Part shown: in pieces, positions 51,384-61,000 of the stretch
How positions within the stretch are numbered: position 1 is the first letter of the stretch
Layout of the letters: each line of letters opens with the position of its first letter
Assembly (NCBI GenBank): GCA_046076045.1
Contig: JBJTRI010000013.1
Location: forward strand, 1 to 62,174
Length of the DNA: 62,174 nucleotides
Source of the DNA: a bacterium
GTDB lineage: Bacteria; Eisenbacteria; RBG-16-71-46
Direction: 5' to 3'
Notes under the pieces: model-generated
Databases searched by the model: none
Told to the model about the DNA's origin: nothing
The model's input: the letters and a program-made list of their open reading frames with translations, nothing else
Program-made: the position numbers and the translations under genes

Positions 51384-52870
51384 GCGCGAAGACGTTCCGC
51401 GACGCCGCGTGCGTGGTGCTGGTGCGCGGCGAGGGACCCGAGCGCGAGGTGTACTGGGTGCGGCGCAGCGACGCGGTGCCGTTCCAGCCGGGCTTCATGG
51501 CGTTCCCCGGCGGTAAGGTGGACGCGGCCGACGCGGCGTTCCCCGTGCCCGCGGTGTCCGACGACTTCGAGCGTGCCGCGCGCGTGTGCGCGATCCGCGA
51601 GGCGCTGGAGGAGACGGGCGTACTCGTGGGACACGACGGCGCGGTGGACGCGGACTCGCTCGCCTCGGCGCGCGAGGACCTGCTCGCGACTCGCGCCACG
51701 CTGGCCGACGTCGCGACGCGACACGGTTGGCGCCTGGCGCCCGAGCGACTCGTGTTCGCGGGACGCTGGCAGACGCCGGTGTTCGCACCGGTGAGATTCG
51801 ACACGCTGTTCTTCGTGGCGTTCCTGCCCGAGGGTCAGGAGCCCACCATCCTGCCCGGTGAACTCGCGAGCGGGGAGTGGGTGAAGCCGCTCGCGGCGTT
51901 GGATCGCTGGCGCCACGGACAGCTCACGTTCGCCGCCCCCATCCTGTGGACGCTGATCGCGCTCGCCGAGGGCGACGAGCGGTTGCTCGAGCGACTCGCC
52001 GTGGGCCCCGAGCGCGCCGCCACACCCGTGCGGCGCGTCGAACTGCAGTACGGCGTGGTGCTGCACGCCATGCCCACGCAGCCGCTGCCGCCCGCACGAC
52101 ACACGAACGCGTACCTGCTGGGCGAGAGCGAACTGGCGCTGGTGGACCCGGGCAGCGGCGACCCCGAGCACCTGCGCGACCTGTTCGCGTTGACCGATCA
52201 CCTCGAAGCCGAGGGGCGGCAGGTGAAGCTGGTGGTGGTGACGCACCACCATCCCGATCACACGGGCGGTGTGCAGGCGTGTCGCGAGCGCTTCGGCGCC
52301 AAGGTGGTGGGACATGCCGCGCTTGCCGGGCGCATGTCGATCGACCTCGCGGTGAAGGACGGCGACCGTCTGCCGTTGGCGCCCGGGCACAACGACTGGG
52401 CGCTCACCGTGCTCGAGACGCCGGGGCACACGCGCGACTCGATCTCGCTATGGATGCCGCGACGGCGCGCACTGGTGTGCGGCGACCTGTTGCCGGGCGG
52501 GCCGGGCAGCGTGGTGATCGACCCGCCCGACGGCGACCTGCGGCAGTACCTGGCGTCGCTGGAGCGCTGCGCCGCATTGGGTCCCGAGATGCTGTTCCCC
52601 GCGCACGGTTCGCCGAGTGGGGCCGCGGTGCGCCGCATCCGTGCGCTGATCGCGCACCGCATGGAGCGCGAGGGCAAGGTGGTGGCGGCGCTCGATGCCG
52701 TCGCGGGTGAGGCGCGCACGCTGGGCGAGTTGCTGCCCGTGGTGTACGCCGACACGAAACCCGAGTTGTGGGGCTGGGCCGAGCGGTCGCTGCTCGCGCA
52801 CCTCGAGAAGCTCGAGGGCGAGGGCCGCGCGGCACGCGCGGGCGACGGCTGGCGCGGCGTCGGGGCCTGA
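51380..52870 (+). CDS. NUDIX hydrolase / MBL-fold metallo-hydrolase fusion protein
   Basis: 496 aa from the GTG at 51380, with a GTGA overlap onto the DUF1801 stop. NUDIX box: FPGGKVD...AIREALEETGV. MBL motif: VVVTHHHPDHTGG...TPGHT. Confidence 0.8.
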   Translation: MSAKTFRDAACVVLVRGEGPEREVYWVRRSDAVPFQPGFMAFPGGKVDAADAAFPVPAVSDDFERAARVCAIREALEETGVLVGHDGAVDADSLASAREDLLATRATLADVATRHGWRLAPERLVFAGRWQTPVFAPVRFDTLFFVAFLPEGQEPTILPGELASGEWVKPLAALDRWRHGQLTFAAPILWTLIALAEGDERLLERLAVGPERAATPVRRVELQYGVVLHAMPTQPLPPARHTNAYLLGESELALVDPGSGDPEHLRDLFALTDHLEAEGRQVKLVVVTHHHPDHTGGVQACRERFGAKVVGHAALAGRMSIDLAVKDGDRLPLAPGHNDWALTVLETPGHTRDSISLWMPRRRALVCGDLLPGGPGSVVIDPPDGDLRQYLASLERCAALGPEMLFPAHGSPSGAAVRRIRALIAHRMEREGKVVAALDAVAGEARTLGELLPVVYADTKPELWGWAERSLLAHLEKLEGEGRAARAGDGWRGVGA

Positions 52871-52880
52871 GGGGGCGGGC

Positions 52881-53747
52881 GTGCTGCCTTACCTGATGGC
52901 GTTCGCATCGTCGGCGTTCTACGGCGTCGCCGACTTCCTCGGCGGCATGGGCGCGCGGCGTGCGAACGTGCTCACCGTGACGGCGTGGTTCCAGATCTGC
53001 GGCGTGGTGCTGTTGGTGGCCTACGCCGCGTTCGCGCCCGGCGTGACGCGCCCCGACGACCTCGCGTGGGCCGCGCTCGCCGGGGTGTGCGGCGGGCTGG
53101 GCGTGACGCTGCTCTACCACGCGCTCGCGATCGGCGTGGTGAGCACGGCCGCGCCGCTCGTGTCGTTGGTCGCGCTCACCGTGCCGGTGGTGGCGGGACT
53201 GCTGGCGGGCGAGCGTCCCGGGGTGGGCCCGCTCGCGGGCATCGTGCTGGGCGCGTGCGCGGTGGTGCTCGTGAGCGGGGGCGAGTCGCACGGCTCGTCG
53301 GACCGCGGCGCCGCCGACGCCGCCACCGCGCGTCGGGGCCTGTGGGTGGCGGCCGCGGCAGGACTGCTGGTGGGGTTCTTCCTGGTCGCGCTGGCGCGCG
53401 TGCAGCCGGGCTCCAGCGGTTGGCCGCTCGTGGCCGGGCGAGTGAGCGCGAGCGTGTGTCTGTGGGCGCTGGTGGTGCTGCGTCGCGCCCCGGTGGCGCT
53501 ACCCGCCGCGGCGCGCGCTCCCATGCTGGGCGGCGCGTTGACCGACGTGGCCGGCAACATCCTCTACCTGCTCGCGGTGCAGCGCGCGCCGCTGAGCCTC
53601 ATCGCCACGCTGGTCTCGCTCGCCCCCGCGACCACGCTGCTGCTCGCGCGCTTCGTGCTGCACGAGCGCCTCACCACCCGCCAACGCTTCGGCGTGGCCC
53701 TGGCCCTGGTCGCCGTGGTGCTGCTGTCGGGCGGCGCGGGGCGCTAG
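52881..53747 (+). CDS. EamA/DMT family transporter
   Basis: 288 aa from the GTG at 52881 with a GAGGGGG Shine-Dalgarno. About 10 transmembrane segments arranged as two EamA-like halves. Confidence 0.75.
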   Translation: MLPYLMAFASSAFYGVADFLGGMGARRANVLTVTAWFQICGVVLLVAYAAFAPGVTRPDDLAWAALAGVCGGLGVTLLYHALAIGVVSTAAPLVSLVALTVPVVAGLLAGERPGVGPLAGIVLGACAVVLVSGGESHGSSDRGAADAATARRGLWVAAAAGLLVGFFLVALARVQPGSSGWPLVAGRVSASVCLWALVVLRRAPVALPAAARAPMLGGALTDVAGNILYLLAVQRAPLSLIATLVSLAPATTLLLARFVLHERLTTRQRFGVALALVAVVLLSGGAGR

Positions 53748-53835
53748 GGGGCGCTGCGGTCGTCACGCCACCGCCGCTGGTGCAAGCACCCGTGCACGCA
53801 TGGCGTCCGCTCGCGCATGCGGCTAGTGTGCCGTC

Positions 53836-55137
53836 ATGTCCTCTCGAACCCTCATCGTGATCGGCGCCGGTGCCGCCGGGCTCACCGCTGCCTTGCGGGC
53901 CGCGCAGGCGGGGGCCCGCGTGACCCTGCTCAACGCGCACCCGCGCGTGGGGCTCAAGATCCTCATGAGCGGCGGTACGCGCTGCAACGTGACGCACCGC
54001 GCCGTGACCGAGCGCGACTTCCATGGGGGCTCGCCCAACGTGCTGAAGCGCGTGCTGCGTGCGTTCACCGTGCCGCAGACGCTGGCGTGGTTCCAGGACG
54101 AACTGGGCGTGCCGCTCAAGCTGGAGGACACGGGCAAGTGGTTCCCGGTGAGCGACGACGCGCAGACGGTGCTCGACGCCCTGCTCGCCGCATGCGAGGC
54201 CGCGGGCGTGCGACTCCGCGCCGGCGCGCAGGCCGTTCGCCTCGAGCGTGGGCCGGCCGCGTGGCGAGTGGGCGTGCGCGGCGTCACCGACAGCGCGGCG
54301 TTCGGCGAAGGGCATGCGCGCGCCGGGGCCACCGCGTTCGCGCTGTCCTCGGACGGCCCCACGGAGTGGCTCGATGCCGACGCGGTGGTGCTGGCCACGG
54401 GGGGGCTCAGCTTCCCGCGCACGGGCAGCGACGGCACGGGCTACGCGCTCGCCACCGCGCTGGGGCACACGCTCGTGCCCACGGTGCCCGCGCTCACGCC
54501 GCTCGCGGCGGTGGATCCGCTCGGGCGCGGCGCGCAGGGCGTGACGATCGAGGCCGAACTGACGCTGTGGGTGGACGGTCGCGTGGCGACGCGCGTGCGC
54601 GGGTCGCTGTTGTTCGCGCACTTCGGCGTGACGGGGCCGGCCGCGCTCGACCTGTCGCGGCACTGGCATGCGGCCGAGGGGCACGCGCGTCGCGTGACGC
54701 TGTCGTTCACCCCCGGCGAGACGTTCGAGACGCTCGACCAGGCGTGGCGCGACTACGCCGAGGTGAACCCGCGCCGTGGTCTGCGGCAGTGGCTCGCCAT
54801 GTGGGTGCCCGAGCGGATCGCCGACGTGCTCACCGCCGAGAGCGGTCTGGGAGGGGCGGCCATGAGCCAGATCCCGCGCGAGCGTCGCAGTGCCATGCTG
54901 CGCGCGCTCACCGAGCGCGACCTCGGCGTGACGGGCACGCTCGGCTACGAGAAGGCCGAGGTCACCGCCGGCGGTGTGCCGCTCACCGAGGTGGACTCGA
55001 GCACGCTGGAGTCGCGCATCGCCCCGGGCCTGTGGCTGTGCGGCGAGGTGCTCGACGTCGAGGGCCGACTGGGAGGGTTCAACTTCCAGTGGGCGTGGTC
55101 GAGCGGCACCGTGGCCGGGCGGGCGGCGGCGCAGTAG
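53836..55137 (+). CDS. NAD(P)/FAD-dependent oxidoreductase, HI0933 (BaiN/aminoacetone oxidase) family
   Basis: 433 aa. Motifs: IVIGAGAAGL, KILMSGGTRCNVTH and GE.LDV.G..GGFNFQWAWSSG. Confidence 0.85.
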   Translation: MSSRTLIVIGAGAAGLTAALRAAQAGARVTLLNAHPRVGLKILMSGGTRCNVTHRAVTERDFHGGSPNVLKRVLRAFTVPQTLAWFQDELGVPLKLEDTGKWFPVSDDAQTVLDALLAACEAAGVRLRAGAQAVRLERGPAAWRVGVRGVTDSAAFGEGHARAGATAFALSSDGPTEWLDADAVVLATGGLSFPRTGSDGTGYALATALGHTLVPTVPALTPLAAVDPLGRGAQGVTIEAELTLWVDGRVATRVRGSLLFAHFGVTGPAALDLSRHWHAAEGHARRVTLSFTPGETFETLDQAWRDYAEVNPRRGLRQWLAMWVPERIADVLTAESGLGGAAMSQIPRERRSAMLRALTERDLGVTGTLGYEKAEVTAGGVPLTEVDSSTLESRIAPGLWLCGEVLDVEGRLGGFNFQWAWSSGTVAGRAAAQ

Positions 55138-55227
55138 CGCCTGCGTCACTCGCGGCGGGGCGTGCTTCGTGCGGCCCGCACTCGCGGTGCGGTCGCCCTC
55201 AGTCAGTGCGGGTGCGTCATGCGCCGC

Positions 55228-55275
55228 GAGAGCCGACGCGAGAGCCGACGCGAGCACCGACGCGAGAACCGACGC
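55228..55275. repeat. 4 x 12-bp tandem repeat in the intergenic region upstream of mscL
   Basis: GAGAGCCGACGC GAGAGCCGACGC GAGCACCGACGC GAGAACCGACGC, head to tail. Confidence 0.85.
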
Positions 55276-55387
55276 AGAGCGCCGTGACGGTATCCGTCGG
55301 TGGGTGAGCGACCTGTGGACCACGCGCGGCGTGCTTCGCGTCCAGCGCCTGTGCTAGGCTTGGGCCCTTCGGGAAGGGAGGATCCCC

Positions 55388-55789
55388 ATGGGATTCGCGA
55401 AGGAGTTCCGGGAGTTCGCCATGCGCGGGAACGTCGTCGATCTCGCGGTCGGTGTGGTCGTGGGCACTGCGTTCTCGCGCATCGTCTCGTCACTGGTCGG
55501 GGACATCGTCATGCCCGTGCTCGGCAAGGGGCTCGGGAGCGTGTCGTTCGACCGGCTCGGCACCTCGCTCGGCACCGGACCCGATGGCGCCGAGATCGTG
55601 CTCAAGTGGGGGGCGTTCCTGCAGGCGATGTTCGACTTCCTGCTGATCGCGTTCGCCCTGTTCATGGTCGTCAAGGCCATCAACTCGATGAAGCGCTCGC
55701 CCGCACCCGCCGCACCCGCCGCACCCCCGCCGCCGACGCGCAGCGAGGTGCTGCTGCAGGAGATCCGCGACTCCCTCAAGCCGAGGTAG
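55388..55789 (+). CDS. mscL: Large-conductance mechanosensitive channel
   Basis: 133 aa. Starts MGFAKEFREFAMRGNVVDLAVGVVVGTAF and continues IV.SLV.DI.MP. GGAGGA Shine-Dalgarno. Confidence 0.95.
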   Translation: MGFAKEFREFAMRGNVVDLAVGVVVGTAFSRIVSSLVGDIVMPVLGKGLGSVSFDRLGTSLGTGPDGAEIVLKWGAFLQAMFDFLLIAFALFMVVKAINSMKRSPAPAAPAAPPPPTRSEVLLQEIRDSLKPR

Positions 55790-55868
55790 TGGCGGGGCAC
55801 CGAAGGGTGGGGTTCGCCCCATGTGCCGCGGTGCGGGGTTGCGATGCACACACTCCGACTACGCGCAC

Positions 55869-56456
55869 TTATCGCCCGTCGCCGAGCTCCGTCCTCAGCA
55901 CGCCCGCGAGTGAGCCCTTGAGGGCGAAGTCCCAGTGGCCGCCGTACACGATGTCGGCCACCACGGGGCGCCCGTCCTGCATGCGCACCACCAGCGTGTC
56001 CGTCCAGGTGGTCGGCGTGCCCCCGGCGGGCGCGTGCTCGAGCGCCACGGGCACCCGCCACTCGTCGGGCTGCGCGCTCACGGGCGTGCCCACCGTGAAC
56101 GCGGTCGGGCCCTCGAACAGACTCGTGAACATGTCGCCGTCGGTGAACGGCGGCTTCTCGCCGGGCGAGGCTGTGCGCGCTGCCGCACGAACCGAGTCCG
56201 CGCGCTGCAGCAGGGCGACGATCCCGCTCTCGAGCACGGGCGACAGCTCGGTGAGCTGGGCTGCGGTGGGCGCCCCGCTCGGTCGCACGCGTGCGAGCGT
56301 CTCGTGGAAGCGCGTCGCCACCTCCACCGCGGGCGTGGCGTCGGGGGGCGGAGCGTCGTTCGTGGTCGCCGCCCGACGCTCGCACGCGGTGAGCATGCAG
56401 GTCGCGGCGAGCAGGATCGCGAGCGGAAGGGCGCGCAGGGCGTGGCGTCGGGGCAT
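55869..56456 (-). CDS. Putative lipoprotein
   Basis: 195 aa from the ATG at 56456. Signal peptide with a canonical lipobox, LTA/C. No confident family assignment. Confidence 0.65.
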   Translation of the reverse strand: MPRRHALRALPLAILLAATCMLTACERRAATTNDAPPPDATPAVEVATRFHETLARVRPSGAPTAAQLTELSPVLESGIVALLQRADSVRAAARTASPGEKPPFTDGDMFTSLFEGPTAFTVGTPVSAQPDEWRVPVALEHAPAGGTPTTWTDTLVVRMQDGRPVVADIVYGGHWDFALKGSLAGVLRTELGDGR

Positions 56457-56710
56457 GACGGGTCTCCGGGGTCGAGGTTGCGCGCACGATAGCAGTATCG
56501 GGTCCGGGGCACGCCCGCAGTGCGACATGGTGCTGCGGGGGGGGGGAGAGCGCCCGCGCGGCCGTGCCGGGCCGTCCGCTCGTTGCGATTTCGAGGGTTC
56601 GAGTGGACTCGGCCCGTGCCGCACACCACTTCGCGCTGGAACCCGCCCCTCTCACCGCGATACGCTCCAAGGCGGTCCCTGGCACCCACGCCTCCCGTGA
56701 GGAGAGCGCG

Positions 56711-58012
56711 ATGACCCTTGTCCCCCCGTCGCACACCATCCCCCGACCCCGCGCGCGCCTGCGTACGTGGGGCGTCCGTATTGCGGCCGCGGTTGCGCTG
56801 ACGCTCCCGACGACGCCCGCTCTGGCCCAGTGGACCACCGCGCCCGTGAGCGTGCCGCGGCTCGAGTACCGCACCTTCTACAGTGCTGCCGCGGGCGCCA
56901 CGGTGAGCTACCACGTGTGGACGCCGCCGGTGTACGACACGCAGCCGGCGCGGCGCTTCCCGGTGCTCTACTGGCTGCACGGCTCGGACTCGGTCACCAA
57001 CGGCATCGCGCAGCTCACGAACTGGTTCAGCACCGCCATGTCGCAGGGCCTCATCCCGCCCATGCTGCTGGTGTTCCCCAACGGCATGCCGTACGGCATG
57101 TGGTGCGACTCCAAGGACGGCACCGTCCCCATGGAGACGGTGGTGATCCACGAACTCATCCCCGAGGTGGACGCGCGCATGCGCACGCGGCCCGTGCGCG
57201 AGGGGCGCATCGTCGAGGGCTTCAGTATGGGCGGGCAGGGCGCAGGCCGGTTCGCGTTCAAGTACCCGAACCTGTTCGTGGCGGGCTCGTTGTTGGGCGC
57301 GGGGCCGGTGATGCTCGACTTCATGGACGAGCCCACGTGCAGTGGCGCGCCCATCCAGTTGCGCGAGCAGATCTACCAGAGCGTGTGGGGGAGCGATTCG
57401 TCGTACTACCTCGCCAACACGCCGTGGACGCTGGCCACGCAGAACGTCGGCGGGATCGTCTCGAGCCGCATCCGGTTGCGCATGGTCACGGGCACGGCCG
57501 ACTGCCTGCTCGCGCAGGGTCAGGACCTCCACCAGCAGCTGTCGCTGCTCGGGATCGTGCACGACTGGACCACGCCTGCGGGCATCGGCCACGAGACGCT
57601 CCCGCTCATGCAGGCGTTGGGGTCGGGCAACTGGGCGTTCTATCGCGACGCGTTCGCCACGCCGACGGCGGACGTGGGGGATTGCGGTGGTGCGGGCGTG
57701 CCGTGCCCCTGCGGCGAACGTGCGAACGGTCGCGACTGTCTGGGGCTCACGCTGTCGCCCAACCCGGTCCGCGGCTCCACGATGGTGCGGTTCCAGTTGC
57801 CGCGCGCCGGGATGGCGCGCGTGCGCGTGCTGGACCCGGCCGGCCGTCTGGTGCGTGTGGTCCGCGACGGGTGGTCGGCGGCCGGCGCGCAGTCGGAGCG
57901 TTGGGACGGTCTCGACGAGGGCGGCGTGCCGGTGAGCGCTGGCCTCTACGTTCTCGCGGTGGACGGTCCCGAGGGCGCGAGCCAGCGCGTGAAGGTCGTC
58001 GTCGCGCGCTAG
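56711..58012 (+). CDS. Secreted esterase-like alpha/beta hydrolase with a FlgD-Ig / T9SS-type C-terminal domain
   Basis: 433 aa with a GGAGAG Shine-Dalgarno and a signal peptide ending ALA/QW. Esterase-D-like pattern (YWLHGS, GFSMGGQGA). C-terminal domain at 57740-58009. Confidence 0.75.
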   Translation: MTLVPPSHTIPRPRARLRTWGVRIAAAVALTLPTTPALAQWTTAPVSVPRLEYRTFYSAAAGATVSYHVWTPPVYDTQPARRFPVLYWLHGSDSVTNGIAQLTNWFSTAMSQGLIPPMLLVFPNGMPYGMWCDSKDGTVPMETVVIHELIPEVDARMRTRPVREGRIVEGFSMGGQGAGRFAFKYPNLFVAGSLLGAGPVMLDFMDEPTCSGAPIQLREQIYQSVWGSDSSYYLANTPWTLATQNVGGIVSSRIRLRMVTGTADCLLAQGQDLHQQLSLLGIVHDWTTPAGIGHETLPLMQALGSGNWAFYRDAFATPTADVGDCGGAGVPCPCGERANGRDCLGLTLSPNPVRGSTMVRFQLPRAGMARVRVLDPAGRLVRVVRDGWSAAGAQSERWDGLDEGGVPVSAGLYVLAVDGPEGASQRVKVVVAR

Positions 58013-58025
58013 CCCATGACGACAC

Positions 58026-58057
58026 CGCCCCCGGTGCGCGATCGCGAGCCGGGGGCG
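58026..58057. terminator. GC hairpin between convergent genes
   Basis: CGCCCCCGG (58026-58034) pairs with CCGGGGGCG (58049-58057). These are the same 9-bp arms as the hairpin at 379-410. Confidence 0.45.
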
Positions 58058-58097
58058 ATGTCCTGTCGCAGGTTCATGCGATGGCGGAGCGCGGTGG

Positions 58098-61000
58098 TCA
58101 CCTCACCACGGCGAAGCGCTGCGTCCACGTGCGGTCACCGGTGCGCAGGCGTGCGAAGTACATCCCGCCAGGGACCGATCGCCCCGCATCGTCGCGCAGG
58201 TCCCAGGCCACCGTGTGGCGACCGGCCTCGCGCGCGCCCTCGACGAGCATGCGCACCTGTCGGCCGTTGACGTCATACACGCCCAGCGAGACCGATGCCG
58301 CCGTGGGCAGCCCGAATGCGATCGAGGCCAGTGCACGCACGGGGTTCGGGTTCGGTGCGTCGAGGAACGTGCGCTCGGGTGCGATCGTGCCGTCCACGTC
58401 GGTGGTGCCGCCCGGCGTGACGAGCGCGTACGGGCTCTCGTTGCCGTGGGAGTCCATGGCGGAGAGCTTGTAGTACGAACCGGCCGGGCCCGCATCGGCG
58501 AACGTGGTGTCGGAAGGGGCGGCGATGCGGTTCGCTTCGGACGGGGTGAAGCCGGCCGAGGCGCCTCGGTACAGACGGTAGCCCGCGAGGTCGGCCTCGC
58601 GGTTGCGACCCCAGCTGAGCGTCGTCGCGCCCGCGACGTAGCTCGCCGCGAACGGGGTGGGTGTCGCCGGCGGCAGGTTGTCCACCGAGTAGCCCGAGTC
58701 GGGTTCCGAGGACCAGCCGGAGAGGTTGTAGTCCATGGCCTCGACCATGAACGCCGTGCGCGGGTTCGAGCCACCGGTGGAGTCCGCGGCGGTGGACGCG
58801 AGGTAGCTGTATCCCGTGAAGCCTCGGGGAACGGTGGTCGCCAGGAACTCCCAGAAGAACACCTGCGAGCCCAGCGCGGTCGTGCGCAGCACGCGGCGAT
58901 CGAGCATCGCTTCGCGAATCCCGCCCACGCGGTACTCGCCTTGCTGCAGCCGGCTCGTGGCGAACGAGCCGGGGACCTGACGCCAGATGTTGTACTGATA
59001 GACGGGATTGCCCGGGGTGCGGTCGAGCGGGCTCGCGTACCACTGCACGGTCACACGTCCGCCCTGGTCGTTCGGCACGTCCCCGATGCGGACGATCCGC
59101 GGCGCGAGCGACGACGGCATCGTGAGGCTGCCCGACGACGCGGTGTGTCGGGTGTCGCCCGTGTACGTGGCCGTGAGGGTGTGCCCCGCCAACGGGATGT
59201 TGCTCGTCGTGAAGGATGCGATTCCGCCCACCACGGGCACGCTCGCGATGAGCGAACTGCGGTCGTAGAAACGGACCGTGCCCGTGGGCGTGCCGCTCGC
59301 CGCGAACTTCGTGTCCACCTCGGCCCGTAGCGTGTAGTTCGTCCCGGGCAGGGGGATCGTGGGGTTCGTCGTGAACGATACGCGCGACGGGTTCTTGGCC
59401 ATGAGCACCGCGGCCGTGGCATCGAAGGTGTTGGTGGTGATGGCGTCCGCGCGACCGTCCCCGTTCAGGTCCGTGGCCGCGAGTCCCCATGGCGCCTGCG
59501 GCGTCGGCAAGTCCACGCGCGGGGCGAGACTGTTGAAGCCGCTCGCGCCGTTGCCGAGGAGCACCGAGACCGTGTTGTCGGACTCGTTCGTCGTCAGGAC
59601 GTCGAAACGACCGTCCGCGTTCACGTCGGCGACGACGACCGTGCGCGGGCCGGAGCCCGTGGCGTAATTGACCGCGGAACCGACCGAACCCGTGCCCGTA
59701 CCGAACAGGACCGACACGTTGTTGCTGACGCTGTTCGCGACGACGAGGTCGAGTCGCGTGTCCCCATTGAGGTCGGCGAGCGCCACGGACATGGGCGCGG
59801 TCCCGACCAGGTAGTTGGTCGCGGCGCCGAAGCTGCCGGTGCCGGTCCCCAACAGGATCGAAACGTTGGTGCCGGTGCCGCCACCGTGGTTGGCCGTGAC
59901 GATGTCCAGTCGGCCATCGCCGTTGAGGTCGCCGAGAGCGACTCCCCAGGGAGAGGCCGGGGTGGCGAAGTCGGTCTTGGCCCCGAAGCCACCCGTGCCG
60001 GTGCCGAGCAGCACGGAGACCGAGTTGCCGTTGAAGTTCGTCGTGACGATGTCGCGACGACCGTCGTTGTTCACGTCGCCCACGGCGAGCCCTCGCGAGC
60101 CGGCTCCCGTGACGAAGTCGGTCTTGAGCCCGAAGGTGCCGGTCGTGGTCCCGAGCAGTACCGAAGCCGAACCGGCCACGGTCGAGACCGAGTTCGCGGT
60201 GATGAGGTCGTTGCGGCCATCGTTGTTCACGTCGGCCAGTGCCACGGAGCGCGGGGCCACGCCGGTCGCGTAGTCCACGCGAGGTGCGTAACCGCCGCTC
60301 GTGTTGGCGAGCAGCACCGAGGCCGTGGAGGCGCTGTTGTTCGTTGTGACGAGGTCCAGCCGGGCGTCCCCGTTCAGGTCCGCAACCACGACTCCCATCG
60401 GGCTGCCGCCGACGGTGAACGTGGTCGCAGGGCCGAAGTCCGCACCGGCACCGAGCAGGATGTTGTGGTTCGCGAGGACGTCGAGGGTCACGACGAAGTC
60501 GAGTCTGCCGTCGTCGTTCAAATCGGCGAGGGCGACCGAGTTGGGATTGGTGTCCAACGAGGGGGAGGGCACCGCCGCGGTGAAGGTCCCGCTCCCGGTG
60601 CCCGGCAGCACCGCCAACTGGATCGCACTGCTGTTGGCGGTGACGATGTCGAGGCGACCGTCACCGGTGACGTCGCCGAGCGCGAGCGAGTAGGGGAGCG
60701 AGCCGCAGACGTAGTCGGTCCGCGCTCCGAGCCCTGTACTGGCGTTGCCTAGGAAGACCGAGACGGTGCTGGTGCCGGAGTTCGCCACGACGATGTCGAG
60801 CCGCCGATCCCCGTTCAGGTCACCGAGGGCCACCGTCTCCGGGAACGATCCGACCGCGTACGTGGTCGAGGTCGGGAACTCCCCCTTCCCGTTCCCGATC
60901 ATCACACTCATCTCCCCGGCTGCCAGCGTCACGACCATGTCGAGGCGACCGTCGTTGTTGAGATCCCCCAGTGCAACGCCATACGCGGCCGAGGCGGTCG

